Of a stretch of DNA of 64,000 bases, positions 1-8,675 are shown piece by piece. The position numbers and the translations under genes were made by a program. The stretch spans positions 913 through 64,912 of the forward strand of contig JAHJQN010000002.1 in the NCBI GenBank assembly GCA_018819225.1. Reading direction: 5' to 3'. The DNA is from Candidatus Micrarchaeota archaeon (GTDB lineage: Archaea > Micrarchaeota > Micrarchaeia > Norongarragalinales > SBBD01). The notes beneath the pieces were generated by a model, which was given only the letters and a program-made list of their open reading frames with translations, was not told where the DNA came from and made no database searches. Each line of letters opens with the position of its first letter. Position 1 is the first letter of the stretch.

Positions 1-1263
1 AAGCTCTCTCGCTTTGCCATCATAATCTTCTGCACGGTGGAGAGTGTTTTGCTGGACTATGCCTCCGCGCCCGTCGCCGACTATTGCCATATATGCCTTC
101 GCGATTTTGACTAAATCAATTTCCTTGTCTATGCCGAAAAAGCATTTTTCGGCGACTTCTCTTTTCATTCGCTCTAATTCAGAGCTTCCGCGATACTTCT
201 TGCTGTTTTCCATTTCGCGCCAGACATGTTCAAGCGCGTAAATCAAGAACCCACCAGAGCCGCAAGCAGGGTCGAAAACCCGTTGTCCGGGCTTTGGATG
301 CACTAACTCGATAGCGGTTTTGACGACTTCGCGGGGAGTAAAGAACTCGCCCTTTTCACCAACGAGTTTGCTTTCTGCAAAGACTTCAAAAGCATCGCCC
401 ACTACATCTTTGTCCGTCTTCAAGAGGCTGTATCGTTCAAGTTCGCCTACCGCATATGCTACTGATTTCGCATCGAGTTTAATTTCTTCGTTTGCATCAA
501 AAACGCCGTCTCCGACTAACTCTGCTTTAACTTCTGAAAACAATGTTTCGATGCTGGCTTTCACATCCTCCGGCTTGTCTCTAAAGCCTACCTTGAACCT
601 CGGGGGCTTGTCAGTGTAATATTTTTCGTCCCAAATCTTGCAGAAAATCAGGCGCGTAAGTTCGTTTCCAAGTTTTTCTCGGCGGCTTATGTTGGTGTTG
701 GTGTAAAGCGTGTTCAACATGCGTCCGAGTATTCCTTTAAGGTTCTTGGCGGGGATTAGGTCTTTCTTGGAGAGTTTGCCTATGTCTTCAAATGTTTCCC
801 CTTTGCGTGGGATTTGAAAGATGTAGTCAGGCTTGATTTCTCCGGTTTGCAGGTCTTTGTAGATATACCCTATTTCTTCCCCGTTTGTCCAAACTCCCCA
901 TTCACAGGAGGAGGCGGACATGTAGCTCATTAGTTGGCGCACTCCATCCTTGCGTTCCCGTCTTTTCGTTTCGACGATACCGAAGATATCGCGGTTTTGG
1001 TCGTGCTTGGATTTGTCGGCTGTTTTGTAAATTACGATGTCCGCAAAGTCCGTTTCTCCCTTCGGTTTTGTTTTTGAACCGCGCTGGATTTGGACTTCAA
1101 TATCCATTTGTCCGAGTTCGTAATCGTAGTCATCATTTAGGGTTCTCTCATATGCCTGCCTAACTTTTTCTTCTGGTTTTCGTATGTCCACCGGCTTGCC
1201 AGTAGCGAAGTCGTAATCATAGCCTTCTTTCAAAGCTGGTTTTGAATCAGAGGCAGAGGGCAT
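1..1263 (-). CDS. Fused restriction endonuclease (HsdR_N-like PD-(D/E)xK) / N6-adenine DNA methyltransferase, type IIG/IIB-like; C-terminus beyond the left edge
   Basis: Not in the ORF track because it has no stop in the window. Manual translation from ATG 1263: MPSASDSKPALKEGYDYDFATGKP...PEEKVRQ...FADIVIY...IVETKR...QLMSY (nuclease), then GEFFTPREVV and motif I FDPACGSGGFL (methyltransferase). Confidence 0.85.
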   Translation of the reverse strand, partial: MPSASDSKPALKEGYDYDFATGKPVDIRKPEEKVRQAYERTLNDDYDYELGQMDIEVQIQRGSKTKPKGETDFADIVIYKTADKSKHDQNRDIFGIVETKRRERKDGVRQLMSYMSASSCEWGVWTNGEEIGYIYKDLQTGEIKPDYIFQIPRKGETFEDIGKLSKKDLIPAKNLKGILGRMLNTLYTNTNISRREKLGNELTRLIFCKIWDEKYYTDKPPRFKVGFRDKPEDVKASIETLFSEVKAELVGDGVFDANEEIKLDAKSVAYAVGELERYSLLKTDKDVVGDAFEVFAESKLVGEKGEFFTPREVVKTAIELVHPKPGQRVFDPACGSGGFLIYALEHVWREMENSKKYRGSSELERMKREVAEKCFFGIDKEIDLVKIAKAYMAIVGDGRGGIVQQNTLHRAEDYDGKAREL

Positions 1264-1270
1264 GAGTGGG

Positions 1271-1474
1271 TTACAGCGTATGCCTTTTAGAACTTTTCGA
1301 TTGCCCTGTTCCGCTGGAAATGCTTACTTTGACGAGGCTTCCGATGAACGGAGCGAGTTTAGGATTATGGATGCTTATAGAGCCATAACGATACTCTTGT
1401 AGCCCTGATTTTGTATTCTTTCGGTGCGTCTTTTCCGAGACTTTGAGTTCAAGTTCCAGTATTGGTTTAGCCAT
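1271..1474 (-). CDS. Small basic transposon-associated protein, possible regulator
   Basis: Likely start MAKPILELELKV (ATG 1474). Divergent from the transposase and 7 bp upstream of the R-M gene on the same strand. Confidence 0.5.
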   Translation of the reverse strand: MAKPILELELKVSEKTHRKNTKSGLQEYRYGSISIHNPKLAPFIGSLVKVSISSGTGQSKSSKRHTL

Positions 1475-1479
1475 ACTTC

Positions 1480-1533
1480 TTTCTACGGTAGAAGCATTTA
1501 TATACTTTGCCATCCATATTTCTACCGTAGAAG
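1480..1533. promoter_or_regulatory. Two palindromic operator-like sites flanking a TATA box in a divergent promoter
   Basis: TTCTACGGTAGAA (1481-1493) and TTCTACCGTAGAA (1520-1532) surround TTTATATA (1497-1504). Confidence 0.65.
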
Positions 1534-1539
1534 AAAAAG

Positions 1540-2766
1540 GTGGTCGAAATGGAAATGCGTCAAATTCGTGGGCTGGAAATCGCTCGCCAAAAGCAGGTCA
1601 AGCCGACTGAAAACGGTTGGTTCGTCAAGTCTCAAAGCGGGGCTGGCAGCTACCGCGTGGATGAACTCTTTAACTGCAATTGCCCCGATAGCCAGAAGAG
1701 ACAAGCTACCTGCAAACACGCTTTCGCAGTCCGGTATTTCTTGCAGGTGGAAAAAGAGACTGCGACAGGTGTGCAAGTCGAAAAAGTGCGGATTACCTAC
1801 AAGCAGGCTTGGAAAGCCTATGATGCCGCCCAGACGCAGGAAATCAAGCTGTTTGACGAACTTCTAAAGGATTTGGTTCAAGGCATTGATGAGCCAGCGC
1901 AGGCATTCGGAAGACCGCGCCTTTCTTTGAGAGAGACTGCCTTCTGCTCAATCCAGAAGGTCTATAGCCAACTATCTTGCCGCCGTGCCGTTTCACTATT
2001 TGGCAACGCGGTAGAGCGCCAGCAGATTACGCACAAACCGCACTTTTCGGCGACTTCAAGGCTATTGAACCGCCCAGAAATAACGCCAATATTGCACGAG
2101 CTAATCCGCGTAACCGCCGCTCCACTAATTGGGGTCGAAACGGATTTCGCCGTGGATTCAAGCGGTTTTAGGACTACTTGTTTCGGGGCATACGCCGAAC
2201 AGAAGTATGCCTTGAACCGTGACCACAAGTTCATCAAGGCTCATGCCATCGTGGGGGTAAAGACGAACATCATTACGGGAGTAGAGGTCTTGGAGGGAAA
2301 CAGCGCGGATTGCCCGCAGTTGCCGGTTCTCGTTGAAAAGACCGCCAACGGTGGCTTCACGGTAAAAGAATTGAGCGCCGACAAGGCTTACAATTCAGCC
2401 GACAACTACAACGCCGTAGCCGCCATAGGTGGGCAAGCGTATATCCCGTTCAAGGAAAACGCCACAGGGCAGTCTCACGGCTTGAAATACCGCCTGTGGC
2501 GCAAAGCCTTCCACTACTTTCAGCTAAACTCCCAAGAGTTCTATGAGCATTACCATAAGAGAAGCAATATCGAGACGACTTTCGGCGCGGTCAAAAAGAA
2601 GTTCGGCGATACCTTGAAATCCAAGAACCCGAAGGCGCAAGAAAACGAGCTATTGTGCAAGCTGATTGCCTACAACATAACCGTCTTGATTCACGAAATG
2701 CACGAACTCGGCATCAAACCCGATTTCAGTAGCCAAAGTCCGGCGGGTGTCGCTAATGTCGCTTGA
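1540..2766 (+). CDS. DDE transposase (IS5 family, IS903-like core) with N-terminal SWIM zinc finger
   Basis: SWIM CNCPD...CKH; DDE motifs AVDSSGF, SADKAY, YHKRSNIETTFGAVKKKFG. Confidence 0.9.
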   Translation: MVEMEMRQIRGLEIARQKQVKPTENGWFVKSQSGAGSYRVDELFNCNCPDSQKRQATCKHAFAVRYFLQVEKETATGVQVEKVRITYKQAWKAYDAAQTQEIKLFDELLKDLVQGIDEPAQAFGRPRLSLRETAFCSIQKVYSQLSCRRAVSLFGNAVERQQITHKPHFSATSRLLNRPEITPILHELIRVTAAPLIGVETDFAVDSSGFRTTCFGAYAEQKYALNRDHKFIKAHAIVGVKTNIITGVEVLEGNSADCPQLPVLVEKTANGGFTVKELSADKAYNSADNYNAVAAIGGQAYIPFKENATGQSHGLKYRLWRKAFHYFQLNSQEFYEHYHKRSNIETTFGAVKKKFGDTLKSKNPKAQENELLCKLIAYNITVLIHEMHELGIKPDFSSQSPAGVANVA

Positions 2767-2790
2767 AAGTCAGACTTTAGCTACAAAGCT
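2729..2790. repeat. Terminal inverted repeat plus subterminal repeats
   Basis: GTAGCCAAAGTC (2729-2740), GTCGCTAATGTC (2749-2760), and inverted copy GACTTTAGCTAC (2773-2784) within the terminus 2773-2790 (reverse complement AGCTTTGTAGCTAAAGTC). Confidence 0.6.
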
Positions 2791-2809
2791 GGCCGTTTCC
2801 GTGAAAAAA

Positions 2810-3469
2810 TCAGATGATGCGTTTGTTCGAAAACGCGCCCTTCGCGTATTCGTATTCGATGAATCGGTCGAACGGAATCTCCAGCGCTTGCACTTGCTCT
2901 TCGTTTAAGCCATCGAGTTCCATGACGATGGATCGCAAACTGTTTCCATGCGCGACCACGAGCACGTTCTCGCCTTTTTTCAAGCGTGGCAGGATGCGAG
3001 ACTGAAAGAATTTCAGCGTTCTTTTAGCGGTGTCCGCCAGATTTTCGCCTCCGGGAGGCCGAACGGTGAAGCTCCGTCTCCATAAGTGCACTTGCTCTTC
3101 CCCGTATTTTTCCTTCATTTCCTTCTTGTTCAATCCCTGGAGTTTCCCATAGAACCGTTCGTTGATCGCTTCGCTCAAGTGCACGGGTATTTCGTCGTCA
3201 CGGGGCGCATGGGCTTCCCATTTTCCGCCGTGCTCGAACACCACCGTCTTTCCGTTCGAGAACCCGGAGCACGCATGCAGCAAGGTTTCGTGCGCTCGGA
3301 TCAATTGGGAAGTGAACACGATGTCGAACGAATAATCCTTCAATTTCTTGGCCACGTTCAACGCGTCTTTCACGCCTTCACGCGCCAGCGGCACGTCCAC
3401 CCATCCCGTAAACAGGTTTTTCACGTTCCACGTGGACCGTCCGTGCCTCAATAAAACGAGTCGTGCCAT
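2810..3469 (-). CDS. gpmA: 2,3-bisphosphoglycerate-dependent phosphoglycerate mutase
   Basis: LLRHGRSTWN, FTGWVDVPL, NERFYGKLQGLNK, WRRS, PPGGE, AHGNSLR. Confidence 0.93.
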   Translation of the reverse strand: MARLVLLRHGRSTWNVKNLFTGWVDVPLAREGVKDALNVAKKLKDYSFDIVFTSQLIRAHETLLHACSGFSNGKTVVFEHGGKWEAHAPRDDEIPVHLSEAINERFYGKLQGLNKKEMKEKYGEEQVHLWRRSFTVRPPGGENLADTAKRTLKFFQSRILPRLKKGENVLVVAHGNSLRSIVMELDGLNEEQVQALEIPFDRFIEYEYAKGAFSNKRII

Positions 3470-3505
3470 TCTTAATCGCCGTTAGCGTCTACGCCGCTAC
3501 CGCTT

Positions 3506-4156
3506 TTATTTGTTTTCACGCGAATGCATCTTTCCCACGAAATGCTTTTGTTGGATGTGACAGGTGTCATTGATGACCGTGACGCGCACGCGTTTGTTGC
3601 GAATACTCAACCGGTTGATGCACGCGTTGTGCTGCCGGAACACGAAGCTTTTTTGGATGGGTAACCCCAACAAACCGGAAAGAATCATGCGATTCGTTCC
3701 TCCGTGGGCCGCCACGAACACGGTATCATTCGCATGCTGTTGAACGATTTTTCGAATGACTTTCATGGCGCGATGACGGACTTCATTCCAGCTCTCTCCT
3801 TTCTCCGGCTTGTAGTGGTGGTCGAGAATGGCGTCGGCTTCACTTAAGATTCCGGGATACTTTTGAAGCTCCCGGCCGGAAAAACCTTCCGCAATACCGA
3901 AACTGCGTTCGTTTAACTCTGAAAAACAATGTAAGCGCAGGCGTTTGTGGTATTTCAATACTTCTTTGGCGGTTTGTTTCGCCCGATAGAGGTTGCTGCA
4001 GTAAGCGGCATCAATGGGTTCGCGCGCCAGTTTTTTCCCCAGATCTTTCGCCTGGCCGATCCCTTCCTTCAACAGGCTGGTTTCCAGCGATCCCTGCACT
4101 CTCCGGTCTACGTTGTATTTTGTGACGCCGTGTCGCACCAAGATCAATTCCGTCAT
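3506..4156 (-). CDS. Histidine phosphatase family protein
   Basis: LVRHG, LNERSFG, GES, AHGG motifs. Confidence 0.88.
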   Translation of the reverse strand: MTELILVRHGVTKYNVDRRVQGSLETSLLKEGIGQAKDLGKKLAREPIDAAYCSNLYRAKQTAKEVLKYHKRLRLHCFSELNERSFGIAEGFSGRELQKYPGILSEADAILDHHYKPEKGESWNEVRHRAMKVIRKIVQQHANDTVFVAAHGGTNRMILSGLLGLPIQKSFVFRQHNACINRLSIRNKRVRVTVINDTCHIQQKHFVGKMHSRENK

Positions 4157-4157
4157 A

Positions 4158-5336
4158 TCATTTTCCTCCTTTCGCCGAAACGATTTTTACGATCTGCCCG
4201 TCGTGCAAAGCACTATCTTTTCCAATGCGCATCCGTTTTTCCGCATCAACGGCGTACAGCAAGCCTTTGGCCAGGTCCGTGTGGATCTTCTCCGCCAACT
4301 GGGTGGGCGTGGTGCCTTGATCCAACAATATGGCGTCTGGAAGCACTTTACCGAAATGGTTCGCATAATGCACCTCGTCCTCCACCGGATAAACGACCAT
4401 TTGGTTCAGTAAGCGGAACGTGCATTCGTTCACGACGCGTTGCACGCCCGTTGACCCCCACTCTTTGATTAACTTCCGGAAGGTTTCCAACGCGTTCACG
4501 ATACGCGGATCCAAGCCTTCCTGCTTTATTTGAAGTTGTTTTCCGTCGTATTCCACCCACCCTTTTTCCCTGGCCTTCTTGAGTGCCAGTTCCGCATCGG
4601 CGGCCACCGGTATCACGGTCCACTCGGGGAACGCCGTTTTCAATTTGGCGACGTTTGCTTTTGCTGACGGCAAATCGATCTTGTTTGCGGCAATCACGAG
4701 CGGTTTACCGGCTTTTCTTAATGCCCTCGCCAACTGCAAATATTCTTCATCCGTATGCCCGGCAAACCCGTCTTCAGGAAGCTCCGTTTCTTTATACGCT
4801 TGCTTGACATGATTTCCCGTTATCTTGATTCCGGAAAGCAGTCCCTCGAATTCGTTCACTGGTTTCCCTTTCACTTTTTTCGCGTTACGCTTTAACACGT
4901 CTGCCAGCCAATAATCCACTTCCTTCAACACGATCTCCACGTCTTGAACCGGATCGTGTCGCCCTTCCGGACACGGGTGGCCTTCCGAGTCCGTGGACCC
5001 CGAGGCATCCGCGACGATCACCAGGGCATCCGCAGGCGCCACATCCGCCAGAAACTGGTTTCCCATGCCTTTTCCTTCGTGCGCGTTCTCTACGAGCCCG
5101 GCCACATCCAGCACGTTCACGGGAATCTGACGCCATCCGTTCTCGCACGGCGCGTTGTTCGGATGGCATTTTTTATTTAAGCGTACGTGGGGGCATTCCT
5201 TGGAAGCGAACCCGATGCCTTGGTTCGGTTGGATCGTGGTAAACGGATAGTTCGCGACTTGCGCGTCCGCGGACGACATGGCATTCAATAGCGTGCTCTT
5301 GCCTTTGTTCGGTAACCCGATGATGCCTATCTGCAT
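4158..5336 (-). CDS. ychF: Archaeal YchF-related OBG-family GTPase/ATPase with TGS domain
   Basis: GLPNKGKST, NYPFTTIQPN, DVAGLV, GMGNQFL, NKID, C-terminal IHTDL. Confidence 0.9.
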   Translation of the reverse strand: MQIGIIGLPNKGKSTLLNAMSSADAQVANYPFTTIQPNQGIGFASKECPHVRLNKKCHPNNAPCENGWRQIPVNVLDVAGLVENAHEGKGMGNQFLADVAPADALVIVADASGSTDSEGHPCPEGRHDPVQDVEIVLKEVDYWLADVLKRNAKKVKGKPVNEFEGLLSGIKITGNHVKQAYKETELPEDGFAGHTDEEYLQLARALRKAGKPLVIAANKIDLPSAKANVAKLKTAFPEWTVIPVAADAELALKKAREKGWVEYDGKQLQIKQEGLDPRIVNALETFRKLIKEWGSTGVQRVVNECTFRLLNQMVVYPVEDEVHYANHFGKVLPDAILLDQGTTPTQLAEKIHTDLAKGLLYAVDAEKRMRIGKDSALHDGQIVKIVSAKGGK

Positions 5337-5393
5337 ACCGTCTCACAAACATTAGCAGCCAAAGCGTTTAAAGTCCTGCTCCTAAAATCGGTC

Positions 5394-5672
5394 ATGGACC
5401 ATTTGCTGAAAGACGTTCTGACCCATGCGCGCATTCCGATGATGGTCGCTTCGGGGTCCATGCTTTCCTTGCACATTGTATCGGGTTCTCCCGAGAACGT
5501 GCGAGCAGATTTGAACCGGTTCCTCGAACGAACCCCGCGCACGTCCTATCTACTCGAGCGGTTGCAAGCCCCTTCAAACTTCATCGCCCGCATTCACTTC
5601 CGCAGACCCTTGTTGCGAAATGAAATAAGGGATCTTGCCTTGAAACACGAGCTCCACTTTCGGGTTCACTAG
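5394..5672 (+). CDS. Hypothetical basic protein
   Basis: 92-aa ORF filling the gap between ychF and rfcL, downstream of a TTTAAA box. Confidence 0.5.
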   Translation: MDHLLKDVLTHARIPMMVASGSMLSLHIVSGSPENVRADLNRFLERTPRTSYLLERLQAPSNFIARIHFRRPLLRNEIRDLALKHELHFRVH

Positions 5673-5706
5673 CCTTTTTTTAAATGCCGGTCCGCTCTAT
5701 CCTATC

Positions 5707-6948
5707 ATGCTCTGGTTACAGAAACATGCTCCTTCCACTCTGCAGGACTTTCTCGGCAATCCGGAAGCCGTCGAGGAAGTCGCGCGCTGGAGTTTGGACG
5801 CGTCCCGCGGAAAACGCGTCAAGCCTCTCCTGCTTCACGGACCTCCCGGGACCGGGAAGACGACGCTCGTGCACTTGCTCGCGCGCGAAAACGGTTGGAA
5901 TCTCGTTGAATCCAACGCCGCGGATTTAAGGGATGCGAACAGCTTGGAGCGACTCTACGGAGCCAGCATGTCTTCCGCGGGTTTGTACGGCCAACCGCTC
6001 TTGTTCATCGACGAAGTCGATTCCGTTGCCGACCGAAAAGAATTTCCGGTTCTACAGAAATTATTGAAAGAGAGCCTGCAGCCGGTCATTCTCGTCGCGA
6101 ACGACGTCTGGAATTCCAAGCTTTCGGGACTCCGATTCACTTGCAAGCTCGTTCCCTTCAAGCGCATTAATTCCGCCAGCATACGCAAGCGATTGAAACA
6201 CATTGCAAAGGAAGAAGGGTTGCGCGAGGAACTCGCGGAACAAATTACGGCACTGGCTTCCGGAGATGTGCGTTCCGCTATCAACGATCTTCAGGCACTC
6301 GCGTTCCTGAAACCCGACGAATTAGCACCTTTTGAATCCGAGTTGGAACACGGCGAGACTCCCCTGTCTCGTTTGAGCGGACGGGACCGCGATGAAAACC
6401 AGTTCAATGCGGTTCGCAAGGTCTTCAAGACCATGCACTACCAAAGTGCCTTGGATTCCGCGAAACTGCTCAACACCATCGAATTCGACTTTTTCCTGCG
6501 CTGGCTCGAACAAAACATTCCCGCGGAGTACGAAAAGAGTGAGGAAATTGCGGAAGCGTTTCATTGGCTTTCCAGAGCGGATATGTTTCAAGGTCGCATC
6601 CGCTCTCGACAACACTGGGGCTATCTGCGATACGTTCGCGCGCTTTCTTTGGCGGGCGTGGCATTAAGCAAAAAGGAAACGTACCGCAAGTTCACGAAGT
6701 ACGAGTTCCCTCAAGTCATTCGCCAGATGGGCAGCACGCGCGCGAAACGCGCGTCTCGTCGCAACGCCACCTCGAAAGCCGCCGCTCGATTGCATGTATC
6801 TCTCGAGGATGCGAATGATGCGCTGGCTCGCCTGAGCGTCTGTGAAGGCGTTCCCGAGTACCTTGATTTCTCGGACGATGAAGCGGATTGGATGAAAGAG
6901 CGTTTTGGGAGCAGAAGAAAAAAGAGAAAGAAGTCACCGTCCGGTTGA
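5707..6948 (+). CDS. rfcL: Replication factor C large subunit
   Basis: W-x-KHAP, GPPGTGKT, ESNAADLR, IDEVD, GDVRSAINDLQ, WLSRAD...WGYLRY. Confidence 0.92.
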   Translation: MLWLQKHAPSTLQDFLGNPEAVEEVARWSLDASRGKRVKPLLLHGPPGTGKTTLVHLLARENGWNLVESNAADLRDANSLERLYGASMSSAGLYGQPLLFIDEVDSVADRKEFPVLQKLLKESLQPVILVANDVWNSKLSGLRFTCKLVPFKRINSASIRKRLKHIAKEEGLREELAEQITALASGDVRSAINDLQALAFLKPDELAPFESELEHGETPLSRLSGRDRDENQFNAVRKVFKTMHYQSALDSAKLLNTIEFDFFLRWLEQNIPAEYEKSEEIAEAFHWLSRADMFQGRIRSRQHWGYLRYVRALSLAGVALSKKETYRKFTKYEFPQVIRQMGSTRAKRASRRNATSKAAARLHVSLEDANDALARLSVCEGVPEYLDFSDDEADWMKERFGSRRKKRKKSPSG

Positions 6949-7003
6949 GTCCATTCTGGAACGCGTTTCGCGTCCATCGGATTGAATGGCGGGCGCGCCC
7001 TTC

Positions 7004-7747
7004 CTACTTTCTGCCGTATTTCACGAGAATGAATACGAGGACGAGGAGGAGCACGACGAGTAGGATGAGCGGGAAGAATTCCTGCACTTGTCGGAACGCA
7101 TCCTCAAAGAATTCGTTGACCTCTTGGCTTAAGGGGATTTCCCGGGCGAACGATAGCTCCCATGCGCGCGCGATCGGGCCATTCCACTCCATGCGATTCC
7201 CTTCGTGGTTATCCGGAGTCGGCGCGACTAATAACAAATCCGCATCCCGCGGAATCTCCACCGTGAGTTTCATGTTGTTGCCGAGAATGGTTTCCCCGGT
7301 TTTCGTCGTATCAAACGCCAAGGCTTTGGGATTCAAGCTGTAGATCGTCCGACGGCTGCCTTCCGGTTTCGTGTCGAATAGGGGGGTTTGCACGAAATAG
7401 TCGATGATGACCGTACCTGCGGAAAAGCTGACGGCAAACTCTTTTTTCGCCGTAATGCGCGTATTGGCAATGCCTCCCCGCATGTGGAATTTGATCTTCG
7501 GCGAAAATTTTTGCCATTCCAGGATCGTGCTTTCCCCCAGATTCAGCTTGTATTCGAATTCCTGGCGCTCTTCATTGTTCTCAAACAAGAACACGGTTTT
7601 TTCGGTGACGTGTGCGGTTCCATCGGGCTGTACTTGTATCACGGCCTCGTACGAATAGTCGCTATACGCCTGCGTTACCGTAAGCCATACCGCCATTACC
7701 GCGATGAATGTCATGAGTTTCATATGCATGCCCTTCCTTCCACGCAT
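7004..7747 (-). CDS. Exported protein with C-terminal membrane anchor
   Basis: N-terminal hydrophobic signal, beta-rich body, C-terminal TM helix followed by KYGRK. Confidence 0.7.
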   Translation of the reverse strand: MRGRKGMHMKLMTFIAVMAVWLTVTQAYSDYSYEAVIQVQPDGTAHVTEKTVFLFENNEERQEFEYKLNLGESTILEWQKFSPKIKFHMRGGIANTRITAKKEFAVSFSAGTVIIDYFVQTPLFDTKPEGSRRTIYSLNPKALAFDTTKTGETILGNNMKLTVEIPRDADLLLVAPTPDNHEGNRMEWNGPIARAWELSFAREIPLSQEVNEFFEDAFRQVQEFFPLILLVVLLLVLVFILVKYGRK

Positions 7748-7791
7748 TTATTAAAGGTTGTTTTACTTTAAGAATTTGATGGAGGCGAATC

Positions 7792-8406
7792 GTGATTCGC
7801 TTGAAAGGTTGGGCCTCCTTCCTGTTGCTCGTCGGTTTCTCGACCGTCCTGTTGTCCGCACTCGCTTTTCAATATCAATTGCAGCAGGACCACGACGCGT
7901 TTCTGGAAACGCTGGCCGCTCAGCATCGTTTGCATTCCGTCGAGCTCGAGTTTAAACACGCCGTTCAATCCGCCTTTCATTCAACGCCTGGCGCGGATCG
8001 GGAAACGCGCATTAAGGCTGTGTCGTTAAAGCTGGTTCTCCTCGAATCATTTTTCGAGAACGCGCTTAACGATGACCAGATGGATGCCGATGTTTGGGCC
8101 GGTGCGGTTTCTGAGCGTGAATTGCGGGAACTGCCTCAACGAATGATTTCCGAGAAGCAAGCTCTTGCGTGTTCCACCTGCCGCGATTGGTTTCTTCCTA
8201 CGGTGGATTCCCGGGAGGAGCCATCGTTTTACGTTCAAGGCTTTCTGGATGTGGAAAACAATGCGGTTCGCGTTTCCAGGGGCGGCGCGTCGTTTATTCC
8301 TGAACTCTACGGCCCGTCCTTTACATCCGACGCGTACGCACTAGGCCTTTCCATTTATTTCCACGGACACGCGGCCGTGTTCTTAGCGCCAGAGGGCTTT
8401 TCATGA
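7792..8406 (+). CDS. Pilin-like membrane-anchored hypothetical protein
   Basis: Basic N-terminus RLKG followed by a hydrophobic helix; 4-bp overlap with the next gene. Confidence 0.6.
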   Translation: MIRLKGWASFLLLVGFSTVLLSALAFQYQLQQDHDAFLETLAAQHRLHSVELEFKHAVQSAFHSTPGADRETRIKAVSLKLVLLESFFENALNDDQMDADVWAGAVSERELRELPQRMISEKQALACSTCRDWFLPTVDSREEPSFYVQGFLDVENNAVRVSRGGASFIPELYGPSFTSDAYALGLSIYFHGHAAVFLAPEGFS

Positions 8407-8675
8407 GGACACGCGGCCAACTCTCATTAGAGCTTTTACTGCTCCTATCCGTTTATTTCGCATTCATTCTGGTTTTCATTCAATTCACGGATTCATTGAT
8501 CGAATCCAGTAACGGGAAAACGGGCGATCTGTTAGTGCAAACGCACTCGAGGCAGCGCTGTTGGCTTTCCGCCGACTTTTCCGCTCGTTTTTCTCATGCC
8601 CGCTTTCTCGCTCCCTTCATGCAAGGAATGCCTCGTGATTGTACGGTCAATCGCTCTTCATTTTACTGGCGCTAG
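8403..8675 (+). CDS. Class III signal peptide (type IV pilin-like) protein
   Basis: MRTRGQLSLELLLLL matches the archaeal prepilin (K/R)GQxSxE pattern. Confidence 0.75.
   Translation: MRTRGQLSLELLLLLSVYFAFILVFIQFTDSLIESSNGKTGDLLVQTHSRQRCWLSADFSARFSHARFLAPFMQGMPRDCTVNRSSFYWR

Larger units (their letters stand above)
1..2790 (+). mobile_element. Probable cargo-carrying transposon; right end near 2790, left end outside the window
   Basis: IS903-like terminal sequence after the transposase stop; no matching left repeat seen between 1263 and 1540; housekeeping genes resume at 2810. Confidence 0.55.
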
